Assembly: GCA_032718475.1 (NCBI GenBank)
Contig: JAUCBJ010006152.1
Coordinates: forward strand, 1 to 44,361
DNA length: 44,361 nucleotides
Reading direction: 5' to 3'
From: Nemertoderma westbladi
Lineage: Eukaryota > Animalia > Xenacoelomorpha
Position numbers and translations under genes: made by a program. A model generated the notes under the pieces. It ran no database searches. It was not told the origin of the DNA and saw only the letters and a program-made list of their open reading frames with translations. Of the stretch, positions 25,821-36,677 are shown one piece after another. Positions within the stretch are counted from its first letter, which is position 1; each line of letters opens with the position of its first letter.

Positions 25821-26971
25821 TGTTTGCGCTTTCAGACCTTTAGCAGTTTAACCTGCCAATTTTAGGTGTCCTCTTGTTTATAAATCGACTTTAGCCTATA
25901 ACAACTATTTAGTGCACATAAAGTTACATTAGCCGAAGCCAGTCTATGCTCGATCATTCACGCACTGTTAAGGGAGACTGGATTCGGATGCTTTGATGTG
26001 ATTGCGGTGCAGACCTACTGTATTATTCGATTGATCGTTACTATATAATTCCTGACAATATTATTCACTTTCGTGGAAATATTAACAGTTCCTTTAGGAC
26101 GTGGCGCTTTAAGTATATAAAACAGAGTTATGACTTATACTAAACACAACGAGATGGCTACTGAGTTTCGTAAATAGCGCATTCTTTAGGAGATGCTTTA
26201 TTATCTGTCACACTACTGCACACGACTTCACACCACTTTACACTGATCTGCCGACCGTCACTGAATTTGATCATATATAAGGAGGATAACAACTGACACA
26301 TGTAGGGATTATGAAATATCATTTAATTCACACAAAAACCACTATAATGTAAGTCGCAATTTCTACAGGTAACCGGTCCCTCTTACCTTCAGTAATCAAG
26401 AAGATTGGGGTTTTATGATTATTTATCGGTGTTCTCCAAATATAACAACATATCCATCAATATACAACAATTAATAACAGACAGTAAACACAAGTAAAAT
26501 AATGCGGTGAACAATCAGTATATGTTACATATGCAGTGCGTAATGCCGTTTGGATTGTGTTATTCAGCCAGTGTTACTCAGTTTGTATTATGCAGTGCTC
26601 AGATAATAGATTTACGTTCCTATAATCAAAGCCATCTAATGTTTTGGCCAAAGTCTGAAACCCTCTACACAAGCACAGAAGAATTCTAAGCCGGTGTTCT
26701 GAGGCTCAGAAAGGTAAACAAAGACCGTAATGCATTGCGCGGTTTTACATAGGCCCTTGCCAGAAATAAAGTGAAAATCGCTCTGATTGGCTGACTAGGC
26801 AGAACAAAGAGGTTCCACGTTGACAGTAAATCAGCTGACAGATTTCGTCATCTGAGCTCCAGTCTTTTAGAGTTTTATGCACATTGCGGTAAATGACTTG
26901 TTATGTCCGCTAAAGCACCTACACGGTACACTGCGGGAAAATGACTTGTTATGTCCGCGAAAGCTTTTACA
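25821..26971 (-). repeat. 5' LTR of the BEL/Pao element (1151 bp)
   Basis: Direct repeat of 9937-11086 with roughly 20 differences counted by eye (about 98% identity). Ends tgtttgcg...ttttaca. Confidence 0.96.
26197..26280 (-). promoter_or_regulatory. Putative LTR core promoter and R region: TATA-like box, TCAGT initiator, AATAAA
   Basis: Minus strand shows TTATATAT at 26273-26280, TCAGT at 26242-26246 about 30 nt downstream, and AATAAA at 26197-26202 (10313-10318 in the 3' LTR). The spacing fits U3-R-U5; this is motif-based inference only. Confidence 0.55.
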
Positions 26972-26976
26972 ATTTT

Positions 26977-27810
26977 AGTATCCCCCATGTGACTGCCAAG
27001 CACTCCAATTCGATTATGCCCCAATTGTTTTCTGCTGATGTCAATCGTCGGGAACCGCACTGAACCGTCTTCCACTTACCATCACTGTAGTCTTTCTGGA
27101 AAAGAATGAATCTGAGGCCCCCCTCTCGAGATGCATCTGTGTGGATTTGTGTTTGCTGGTCTGGGGAGTAATAGGTGAGGAATTTATCTGTAGAGAGAAG
27201 GCGTTTGGCAACATTGAAAGCTTGTTGATGTGCTACATTACATTCCAGGTAAAGGTGTAATGATTGCGGTCTAAGCTACATAGAGGTTCTAGGATGGCTG
27301 TTAAATTGTGGTAAAAATCTCCCCCAATTGGTTTGCTAAACCCATAAAGGATCTGAGGTCTGTTCGATTCTTTGGTACAGGGAAATCGCGCATATCTTGT
27401 ATAAGAGCTGGATCAATACTAAACATACCTTTTGAGACCTTATAACCGCCAAGTGACACTTCTGTTTGACAAAATTGTACCTTAGTAGGATTGAGAGAGA
27501 TTGCAAATCGTTCACATTGTTTCAATACGGTTTCACATCACGGATGTGGTCTTCTACATTGCTGCTGACAATAATGATATCTTCGACCAAGTTATCTGCC
27601 CATGGCAAAGGTCAATAGGCAAAGGGTCAATAGCCTCAAATAGTCGGCGGTTATACTCATCGCTATCTGATGAGATCCCCATGGGAATACGAAGGTAATG
27701 GCAGAGTCCAAATGGGGTAACAAATGTTGTAAAGTGGCGACTATTCTCATGGATGCCGACTTGATTGTATCCCTTTAGGCCATCCAATACTGTGTAATGC
27801 GTGGCCCAGT
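26977..27810 (-). mobile_element. Same Gypsy element, 5' part: RT and start of RNase H (5'-truncated)
   Basis: LDGLKGYNQV...TTFVTPFG..Y.RIPMG, LNPTK, FPVPKNRTDLRSFMGLANQL and TDAS (about 27130-27142). Removing the BEL element and one ATTTT restores LAVTWGILKCRMKLDGL. Confidence 0.9.
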
Positions 27811-27997
27811 CTGGCCTGAAATATGGGTCGAACTATAGCTCTATTGAGAGCTCGAAAGTCAACTGTTAACCTGATTTTAGTTTTCTCTTGTGGCTGTCGG
27901 TTTTTGGGGACAGCGACCATGGGAGATATCCACTCGGGGGCATCAATTACGGGTTCGGGTTTGCTAAGTCAGATTTTACAATATCTCGCAAACGGCT

Positions 27998-30367
27998 AGC
28001 GATCAGTTTAGGAACATTGTTAATCAGCGACCAGTTTAGGAACATTGTAAACAAGCGACCAGTTTGGGAACATTGTAAACCAGCGACCAGTTTGGGAACA
28101 TTGTTGGAACTGGCGACTAGTTTGGGAACATTGTAAACCAGCCACCAGTTTGGAAACATTGTAAACCAGCCACCATTTTGGAAACATTGTAAACCAGCCA
28201 CCAGTTTGGGAACACTGTAAACCAGCGACCAGTTTGGGAACATTGTAAACCAGCGACCAGTTTGGGAACATTGTAAACCAGCGACCAGGTTGGGAACATT
28301 GTAGGAACTGGCGACCAGTTTGGGAACATTGCAAACCAGCCACCAGTTTGGGAACATTGTAAACCAGCCACCAGTTTGGGAACATTGTAAGCCAGCGACC
28401 AGTTTGAGAACATTGTAAACCAGCGACCAGTTTGAGGGAACATTGTAAACCAGCGACCAGTTTGGGAACATTGTAAACCATCGACCAGTTTGGGAATATT
28501 GTAAACCAGTGATCAGTTTGGGAACATTGTAAACCAGCCACCAGTTTGAGAACATTGTAAACCAGCCACCAGTTTGGAAACATTGTAAACCAGCCACCAG
28601 TTTGGGAACATTGTAAACCAGCGACCAGTTTGGGAACATTGTAAACCAGCTACCAGTTTGGAAACATTGTAAACCAGCCACCAGTTTGGGAACATTGTAA
28701 ACCAGCGACCAGTTTGTGAACATTGTAAACCAGCGACCAGTTTGGGAACATTGTAAACCAGCGACCAGTTTGGGAACATTGTAGGAACTGGCGACCAGTT
28801 TGGGAACATTGTAAACCAGCCACCAGTTTGGGAACATTGTAAACCAGCCACCAGTTTGGGAACATTGTAAACCAACGACCAGTTTGGGAACATTGTAAAC
28901 CAGCGACCAGTTTGGGAACATTGTAAACCAGCGACCAGTTTGGGAACATTGTAAACCATCGACCAGTTTGGGAATATTGTAAACCAGTGACCAGTTCGGG
29001 AACATTGTAAACCAGCGACCAGTTTGGGAACATTGTAAACCAGCGACCAGTTTGGGAACATTGTAGGAACTGGCGACCAGTTTGGGAACATTGTAAACCA
29101 GCCACCAGTTTGGGAACATTGTAAACCAGCCACCAGTTTGGGAACATTGTAAACCAACGACCAGTTTGGGAACATTGTAAACCAGCGAACAGTTTGGGAA
29201 TATTGTAAACCAGCCACCAGTTTGGGAACATTGTAAACCAGCGACTAGTTTGGGATCATTGTAAACCAGCGACTAGTTTGGGATCATTGTAAACCGGCGA
29301 CCAGTTTGGGAACATTGTAGGACTAACTAGCGACCAGTTTAGGAACATTGTAAACCAGTGACCAGTTTGGGAACATTGTAAACCGGCGACCAGTTTGGGA
29401 ACATTGTAAACCAGCGACCAGTTTGGGAATATTGTAAACCAGTGACCAGTTTGGGAACATTGTAAACCAGCGACTAGTTTGGGATCATTGTAAACCAGCG
29501 ATTAGTTTGGGATCATTGTAAACCGGCGACCAGTTTTGGAACATTGTAAACCAGCGACCAGTTTGGGAATATTGTAAACCAGCGACTAGTTTGGGATCAT
29601 TGTAAACCGGCGACCAGTTTGGGAACATTGTAAACCAGCGACCAGTTTGGGAACATTGTAAACCAGCGACCGGTTTGGGAATATTGTAAACCAGCGACTA
29701 GTTTGGGATCATTGTAAACCGGCGACCAGTTTGGGAACATTGTAAACAAGCGACCAGTTTGGGAATATTGTAAACCAGCCACCAGTTTGGGAACATTGTA
29801 AACCAGCGACTAGTTTGGGTTCATTGTAAACCAGCGACTAGTTTGGGATCATTGTAAACCGGCGACCAGTTTGGGAACATTGTAGGACTAACTAGCGACC
29901 AGTTTAGGAACATTGTAAACCAGTGACCAGTTTGGGAACATTGTAAACCGGCGACCAGTTTGGGAACATTGTAAACCAGCGACCAGTTTGGGAATATTGT
30001 AAACCAGTGACCAGTTTGGGAACATTGTAAACCAGCGACTAGTTTGGGATCATTGTAAACCAGCGACTAGTTTGGGATCATTGTAAACCAGCGACCAGTT
30101 TGGGAATATTATAAACCAGCGACTAGTTTGGGATCATTGTAAACCGGCGACCAGTTTGGGAACATTGTAAACCAGCGACCAGTTTGGGAACATTGTAAAC
30201 CAGCGACCAGTTTGGGAATATTGTAAACAAGCGACCAGTTTGGGAACATTGTAAACCAGCGACCAGTTTGGGAATATTGTAAACCGGCGACCAGTTTGGG
30301 AACATTGTATGACTAACTAGCGACCACTTTCGGAACATTGTAAACCAGAGACAAGTTAAGGAATATT
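27998..30367. repeat. Minisatellite, 28-bp unit gaccagtttgggaacattgtaaaccagc, roughly 84 copies
   Basis: Head-to-tail units without spacers. The 28-aa periodicity of the spurious ORFs equals three units. Confidence 0.97.
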
Positions 30368-30684
30368 ATTTACTAAATACTAATGGTGAGTGATTTGCCC
30401 AGCGTAATAAAAGTCGCCCATATTTACAATTTAGTTAGTTTGAAAAGTTGAATTGATGTTGAGGTAATCGCTACTGTTTATATACCTAAATGAACAAGCA
30501 GGTAAAAACAAATTATAATATTTACTCACACATACTTTATAAACATTTTTATAAAAACAAAAAATAACTTAATGTAAAATACATATACCGGTAATAAATA
30601 AATAATTTCTTACCATTATAAAATATATACAATATAGTACATATATAAATAGTATTACTGATTACTGTAATGAAAAATATGCTA

Positions 30685-31005
30685 CTACATGTTTCGATAT
30701 AATTCGTTATCATGGTGTAAATTTAACGCGATTGGTCTATTATCGCCTTGTTTGAAATATTGAGTGATTGAGTACAACAGTGGAATGTCTTGACTTCCTT
30801 GGGGGTTCAGATTGAGTTGGGAAGTCAGGAAGTCTCTATCCACAGACCCACCACCCCCTGGAAGACCACTCTCAGCGCCCAGCACTGATGCAGCGTAACC
30901 ATAGTTGTTGAAACGAAGGTATTCAATAATTAGTTCGTTTATCAATAAATTGGAGTCGCTGAGTCGAGGGGGTGACACATTCTGATCGTCTAAAGCTTTA
31001 AACAC
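30685..31005 (-). CDS. CEP20: CEP20/FOPNL/FOR20 coding exon 2, LisH motif (VFKALDD...NLLINELIIEYLRFNNYGYAASVLGAESG...IPLLY)
   Basis: CACAG acceptor ending at 31006, then GTG (Val) in frame with exon 1. Shows the LisH pattern LINELIxEYLxFNxYxYxASVLxAES and the PLLY motif of FOP/FOR20 proteins. Spliced product is 137 aa; GT-AG intron 31006-36299. Confidence 0.93.
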   Translation of the reverse strand: MFKALDDQNVSPPRLSDSNLLINELIIEYLRFNNYGYAASVLGAESGLPGGGGSVDRDFLTSQLNLNPQGSQDIPLLYSITQYFKQGDNRPIALNLHHDNELYRNM

Positions 31006-32434
31006 CTGTGTGAATAATATAATTAATTGAAATGTACCGTTTTACTATTACAAACTATTACAAGACCTGCTGGTAATATTTTCATGATTTTTTTTGTACA
31101 ATTACACAGTTGTACAGCTCAACTCGAATTCATTTAATCCTACTTTCGCAGTACGCATCTGCACTCCAGCTTTCCTTGATTAACATTGGTGCTGGTGTGA
31201 TTGTATTAGGTGTATTCAGCTTCCACATCATAATACTGTAAGTGAGATTATACCTTATTAGGCATATACAGTTAAATTATTATATTTGATATAGGCTGAT
31301 AGGCCTATACAGATATATAATAAGGATGGCCTAAGTTATAACCTTTCTTAATATACGCTACATGTATAAACATAAATATATAGGCTGATAGGGCCTACAC
31401 AATACCGGTAGGCCTAATAATATATATATATATATTATATAGCAGTATATATAGGTGGCCTATACTGTATACATCCATTATGGGAATGGGATGACTAGAG
31501 GATGTCCGTCACCTACGACAGATGGACATAAAACCCGCGGAAGTACGGAACACCGAAGGATCAAGATCAACCCCTGGTGACAGCTAATAATATACCTCAG
31601 TACCTATTGAGGTTACAGCGAGGCCGGTGCACTTGCGTTTATTTGGAGTTTTAGAACTTTAAACAACATTAACTAAAAAAACCTTCTTAAATTGTCACTT
31701 TTTCGCTCGAATATACCCCAAAATCGGGAGAAAAAGTAATCAATAGGAAAGCATTGATTTTACTTTTTTCCCGGCGAAAAAAGTAAAGTAAAATAATTTT
31801 GGTGGAATTTTTTAAATTTTATTACATGTGGTGAAAGAGCATCGACGTAGAAAAGGTTTTAAAGTAATTTGAGCAAAATCCATTAACACACTCAAAGGTT
31901 ATTGCAACTTTAGTGTCTGCGCGGCGTACACCAAAACGGACTCAATATCTAATAGGGATGTCCCGGAATCGATATTTTGATTCCGGCCGGAACCGGAACC
32001 GGAATTCAACATGCCGGAATATTCCGGCCGGAACCGGAATTTTCTATAATTAATGAAATACTCTAAATGACCCATGAAACTTTACAATTTTTTGTGAACC
32101 AAATGGATTTTTTTAATTTCTACAGCTAAGTTTGCTAATGAGGAGAATCAGAACCTTGGGGGAATTAAGGTGGGTGGAGTGGAGAATGGCCTGGCCCGTT
32201 ATGGCTTATTATGGGGACGGGATGGTACTTCGGCATTGAACGACCGGGGAATTGAATATAATTGTTTTCTAAAATCTATATCTTTGGCCAAAAGTTAGGT
32301 TTTTAGCAGTTAGACTCATACCTAAAACCTACGTTAACCAAAAACCTATGGTTCCGCATCATTAGGTCCTTTGGTGCAATATCCTGGTGTCTTTAAGGGA
32401 AAGGAGCATGTTACAGTGACATACATGTATGTAT

Positions 32435-32579
32435 TGTAATAACGTTTTATATTAGATTTAGGTTAGAGTAGTAATTGTAATTGTGTAATACTGTTTGTAA
32501 CCAAGTAACATAAAGGACCCCCATGGAAATAAGCTGCAAATCTTTAGGGGTAATCCTATATGTTACGTTGGACAATACC
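32435..32579 (+). mobile_element. Isolated 3' UTR fragment of the same L2-like family
   Basis: tttgtaaccaagtaacataaaggacccccatggaaataagctgcaaatctttaggggtaatcctatatgttacgttggacaatacc is the near-exact reverse complement of about 6330-6415. Confidence 0.85.
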
Positions 32580-32746
32580 AAACATAATATTATCATAATT
32601 AATAATTAAAAGTAAAATCAATGTAAAATCAATGTAAATACTATAAATTCAATGTAAAATAATGTAAAAAAAATCAATGTAAAGTAATGTACAATCAATC
32701 TAAAAAACGTCATTTTATAAGCAAATTGAGAAAAACCACTCGCGAC

Positions 32747-33091
32747 GGCCCGTGCTCCACTGCTAAGTCTTATAAAGTCTTAGTCAGAATAAATTATGGA
32801 ACACATTGGTTTCAATGGAATCGTCTCCGCTGGTAAATCGTAAGTTACGACCTGTGAGTCGCAAGTGATTATGTCCCATGTTCCATCTTTTGACAATGAA
32901 TCATGTGTTATATCCGCCAAGATGGCTGTGATTGGTTACTTTGGGTATAAATATGCAGTAAATGTGAGACACGCATCTTATATTTTTTATCAATTGACTT
33001 ATATGACTTGTGTTATTACCAATGGAGCAAGGAGCCATTCATTTTGACATTCTGACTAAGCGACTTACGACTTACCAGTGGAGCACGGGCC
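32747..33091. mobile_element. PIF/Harbinger-like MITE
   Basis: TIR ggcccgtgctccactg / cagtggagcacgggcc plus an inner cttagtcagaat / attctgactaag. No clean TSD. Confidence 0.7.
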
Positions 33092-33331
33092 TAATGATGC
33101 ATTTCATAAAATTTCTTCAGAGCGACAAAGGGTTTAATTAGTTAATGCAAATTAAACCGGTTATGAATTGTATATGAATACTACAGTAAGTGGTGTAACA
33201 CATGGTGGGACCACTTTAGTTTGAATACCAGGTGCATTTTTTTTTGGAAATGTGTTACATTCCCATCAAGACTGCATTCACTGTAAAAAACGGGGTGGCT
33301 GTGAATTTTCCCTCGTTAGATAGGTTAGTTA

Positions 33332-33409
33332 GGTTCCACCTTGGTGAAGTGGTTGCATTGAATTTCCGTCTCTCTGGAGGTCGTGGGTTCGATCCCTGCA
33401 TGTGGTCCA
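33332..33409 (+). pseudogene. tRNA-derived SINE head or tRNA pseudogene
   Basis: A-box-like tggtgaagtgg (33342-33352) and B-box/T-arm gggttcgatccc (33385-33396) at tRNA spacing. Acceptor and anticodon stems are imperfect. Confidence 0.55.
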
Positions 33410-34013
33410 AGGCAGTTTTCGATTCGGCACGAATGGTTTGAAGGGACTAACCAGGGGGCATCTATGTCTTTCATCCTTAAATGTTAGAGCTCTAACGGTC
33501 GAAGAAAACTATACTCTTTGTACTATACTTTTTTACAAGTGTTGAAAAGTATCTTAAACGATATAATTGGTAATAATGTTTAAAAAATATATAAATGTTG
33601 ATAATAATTTAACAAACTAATTGCAACTATCAAACTAGTTAGGAACCTGGTAATTCCGTTAAAATTCCGGCCGGAATTGACCCCATTCCGGCAATTCCGG
33701 CCGGAACCGGAATCGGGCAAAAACAGCCGGAATTCCGGCCGGAACGGAATTCCGGGATATCCCTATATCTAATATTGGTTAATGTTGTTAAGCGGCTCTC
33801 AAGTTACGAATAAATATTCGAGAACACTAAATTATTATTATTTATTTTTATTATTATAAAAATTATTATTTTAACATTGAGTAAGGTGTGAGCAGGTGTA
33901 AGGCAACATCGAGAGTTGAGTACAATAATTTGAATAGCAGTAACTATGGAAGCAATATAGTAAAATACTGCAGTTCAATTTATTTTGTAACACAACTGTA
34001 CTGTAGTATATCC

Positions 34014-35080
34014 AAGGTGTACTAAATAACAGGTCATGCAGCGAGCTGATTGCTGAAATTAGCGGAGGCCAATCGTTTCCCTATTTATGACACTATTTTC
34101 ATAATATTTTCTTAGAAACCTCTCTTATGCAACTTTGGTTAGGTGGATATGATGACTAGGATTCATAGCAATGTAATAAAATGTCTTTCTGGAATTTTTA
34201 TCTTGTAGTTGCCAAGGTAACCGGGTGCAAAGTTCAAATTTCGAGCGCCTGTAATTCAATACGACAAGGGATTCTGTTCTTGAGATTTGGTATATGAGTA
34301 AAGGGAATAAAAGTCTATCAAATTATTTTACATTTTAATTTTTTTTCATTCCCGTTTCCATGGTGACGGGAATTACGATAATTTCCCATTATGACCGCCA
34401 GATAGAAATTGGGCTACTATTTACTACTTATATAATTTTCAACATGCATGCCTGGTGGCTGTCCTTTATTTCTAATAATTGCTAACCGAAATTTAATATT
34501 CTGGAATGTCAAAATCATGCTATCACAGGTCTTGCTCTCTGATTGGACAGTTTAGTTTATTTGCAAATATTGACTTTTAAAAATATGATTCACAATTGAC
34601 GAATTATAAAATAAAATGTTGGCAATTTTAACTTATTATTTAGACTGACAAACCGAATAAAAATGGTGTTTTATAGAATTGGTAGACAATTTTTAAAATT
34701 TTTCATTCTACTTATTTCCATGGCAACGGGAATGTAAACAAATTCAAATGTAAAATATTTTGATAGACTTTTATTCCCTTTACTCACCTACCAAATCTCA
34801 AGGGACAGAATCCATTGTCGTCTTGAAATACAGGCGCTCAAAGTTTGAACTTTGCACCCGGTTACCTTGGCAACTACAAGATAAAAATTCCAGAAAGACA
34901 TTTTATTACATTGCTATGAATCCTAGTCATCATATCCACCTAACCAAAGTTGCATAAGAGAGGTTTCTAAGAAAATATTATGAAAATAGTGTCATAAATA
35001 GGAAACGATCGGCCTCCGCTAATTTCAGCAATCCGCTCGCTGCATGACCTGTTATTTAGTACGGTACTGTAGTACACCTT
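34014..35080. mobile_element. Foldback MITE with about 350-bp near-perfect inverted arms
   Basis: About 34019-34375 is the reverse complement of about 34715-35062 (gtactaaataacaggtcatgcagcgagc... / ...gctcgctgcatgacctgttatttagtac). Confidence 0.9.
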
Positions 35081-35628
35081 GAGTATATCGCTATGTTTTA
35101 TTAAAGAATTTAGCAACAAAAAAGTAGGGTTAGACGGGGTAAAATGGGACAAATTTGGTATGTTTGGTTCTATAAGCAAGAGGGATTTTCCTGGTTGGAT
35201 ATAATCAAAGCATATTCTGTACATTTGAACTCTGGGCTATCAGATTGTACCAAAATAAACCCCTGAGCCTTTGGTTCAGGTGGTTTATTTTTAAAAAATA
35301 AAACATTTTTGTTTTCAATATTCTTTCGACCCTTTATTACAGTATTAACCTCGCTGACGCTCGGTAAATAAAATGCCTCGAGAATAATGAAAAAAGTTCT
35401 ACTTTTTTCCCATGTAATAAATAATTATTTTTACTAAATTTTTAAAAGCACGTTTAGGCTGATAGGTGATAAAACGTAAAACACTTCTGCACTTAGTTTA
35501 GAGTATGCATGCACGGTAATACTGTACAGCTGTAAATCCAGTAATCTGAGTACAGGCATGACAGGACAGGAGTAGGGTAAAGCAGTAAACAGGTAAAGTC
35601 AGAAAGTAGGGAGGGATACATGCAGACA

Positions 35629-36259
35629 TGACATGACCGAACGTAATCAGGATCGAATGTAACATAGTTATTTACGTATCGAATGTAACCGCATTTATGT
35701 TACATTGGATCCTATAACTATGTTACATTCGATCTACAAATTACTAAGCCCGAATGTAACATTGCTATTTAAACTGTTAAAGGAGCAGGTTACAGTTACA
35801 GAGGCGTGCTGGGGGAACCAAAACAATAAACGAAAGTTAACACATGTCAGCATGTTACCTACAAGATTATGCAGGTTAGCCTACTTTTATTTAAAGGAGC
35901 AGGTTACAGCAGTACAGACTGACAGAGGCGTGTTGCAGTGTTGGGAGAACCAAAACAATAAACCAAAGTTAACACATGCTGACATGTTACAAGATTATGC
36001 AGGTTACTTTAATGGGTCTTTGTTTGTGTTTTGTACTCACCAAACAGGTTCTTCCTGTAAATAAACGAAGCATTTCATCGGTTAACTCCTGAAATCAAAA
36101 CACAACTGAAATAAATGTATGTTACATTCGGGCTTAGTAATTTGTAGATCGAATGTAAAACATAGTTATAGGATCCAATGTAACATAATTGAGGTTACGT
36201 TCGATTCGTAAAAACTATGTTACATTCGATCCTGATGCCTGATTACGTTCGGTCTGTCA
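35629..36259. mobile_element. MITE with about 125-bp inverted arms built from atgtaaca/tgttacat motifs
   Basis: gaccgaacgtaatcagg...aagcccgaatgtaacat (35635-35762) is inverted at 36119-36254. It ends 40 bp from the CEP20 exon 1 donor. Confidence 0.85.
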
Positions 36260-36299
36260 CCCAGAAAGTAGTCAACCGTGCCGTGGATGACAGACTGAC

Positions 36300-36392
36300 C
36301 TCACTCCGTATTTTAGCTTTTACTTCAGATAATACTCCCCGTCGTTCTAGCGTTTCCTTAAGCACCTCTTTCAATTCATCAACCGTTGCCAT
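36300..36392 (-). CDS. CEP20: CEP20/FOPNL/FOR20 coding exon 1 (MATVDELKEVLKETLERRGVLSEVKAKIRSE)
   Basis: ATG at 36392, 31 codons, then a GTCAGT donor at 36299. The peptide closely resembles the recalled N-terminus of vertebrate FOPNL (MATVAELKAVLKDTLEKKGVLGHLKARIRAE). It joins exon 2 in phase 0. Confidence 0.93.
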
Positions 36393-36605
36393 TTCTTTAG
36401 GTACCGGTACTAAAGCTGTACAGTCTGACAGTACTACCGGTAGCGGGGTAGGCCCTAGGCCTCTTAAAGTCAGACAGAAGCAATATGGCAATTAGGCTAA
36501 TAGTTTGTGGTGCTAGCTGATCAATTCAGCAATTTACTTCTGTACCGGTAGGCCTACTTATAATTATACGTCAGTACTGCTGTACTGCAGTATGCATCAA
36601 TGCAA

Positions 36606-36677
36606 TAGGCCTAGGCCAAGGACTACTATATACTACATAGTTCGTAGTATAGCCTAGTAGTCCTTGGCCTAGGCCTA
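36606..36677. repeat. Hairpin with perfect 23-bp arms upstream of CEP20
   Basis: taggcctaggccaaggactacta ... tagtagtccttggcctaggccta. Confidence 0.9.

Larger units (their letters stand above)
9937..26971 (-). mobile_element. Full-length BEL/Pao LTR retrotransposon (17,035 bp) with disrupted ORFs
   Basis: Two TG...CA LTRs (9937-11086 and 25821-26971). 5-bp TSD ATTTT at 9932-9936 and 26972-26976. Gag carries the triple Cys/His knuckle and pol has the PR-RT-RH-IN order typical of BEL/Pao. Confidence 0.96.
31953..33765. mobile_element. hAT-like MITE in the CEP20 intron, carrying secondary insertions
   Basis: TIRs tagggatgtcccggaat / attccgggatatcccta, with subterminal ttccggccggaa repeats at both ends. 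Flanking duplication tatctaa (7 bp, or atatctaat 9 bp if the terminal T/A belong to the target). Confidence 0.8.

Noticed and set aside
27998-30367. CRISPR array or repeat-protein gene (ORFs up to 390 aa)
   Set aside because: The units are contiguous with no unique spacers and there are no cas genes. The ORFs occur in all three frames simply because the 28-bp unit lacks minus-strand stops.
33332-33409. Functional tRNA gene
   Set aside because: The A and B boxes are present but the acceptor, D and anticodon stems pair poorly, and it lies inside a MITE.
36243-36491. 82-aa ORF as the true CEP20 N-terminus
   Set aside because: Homology starts at the ATG at 36392 and ends at the GT donor at 36299. 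The flanking residues are UTR and intron read-through.
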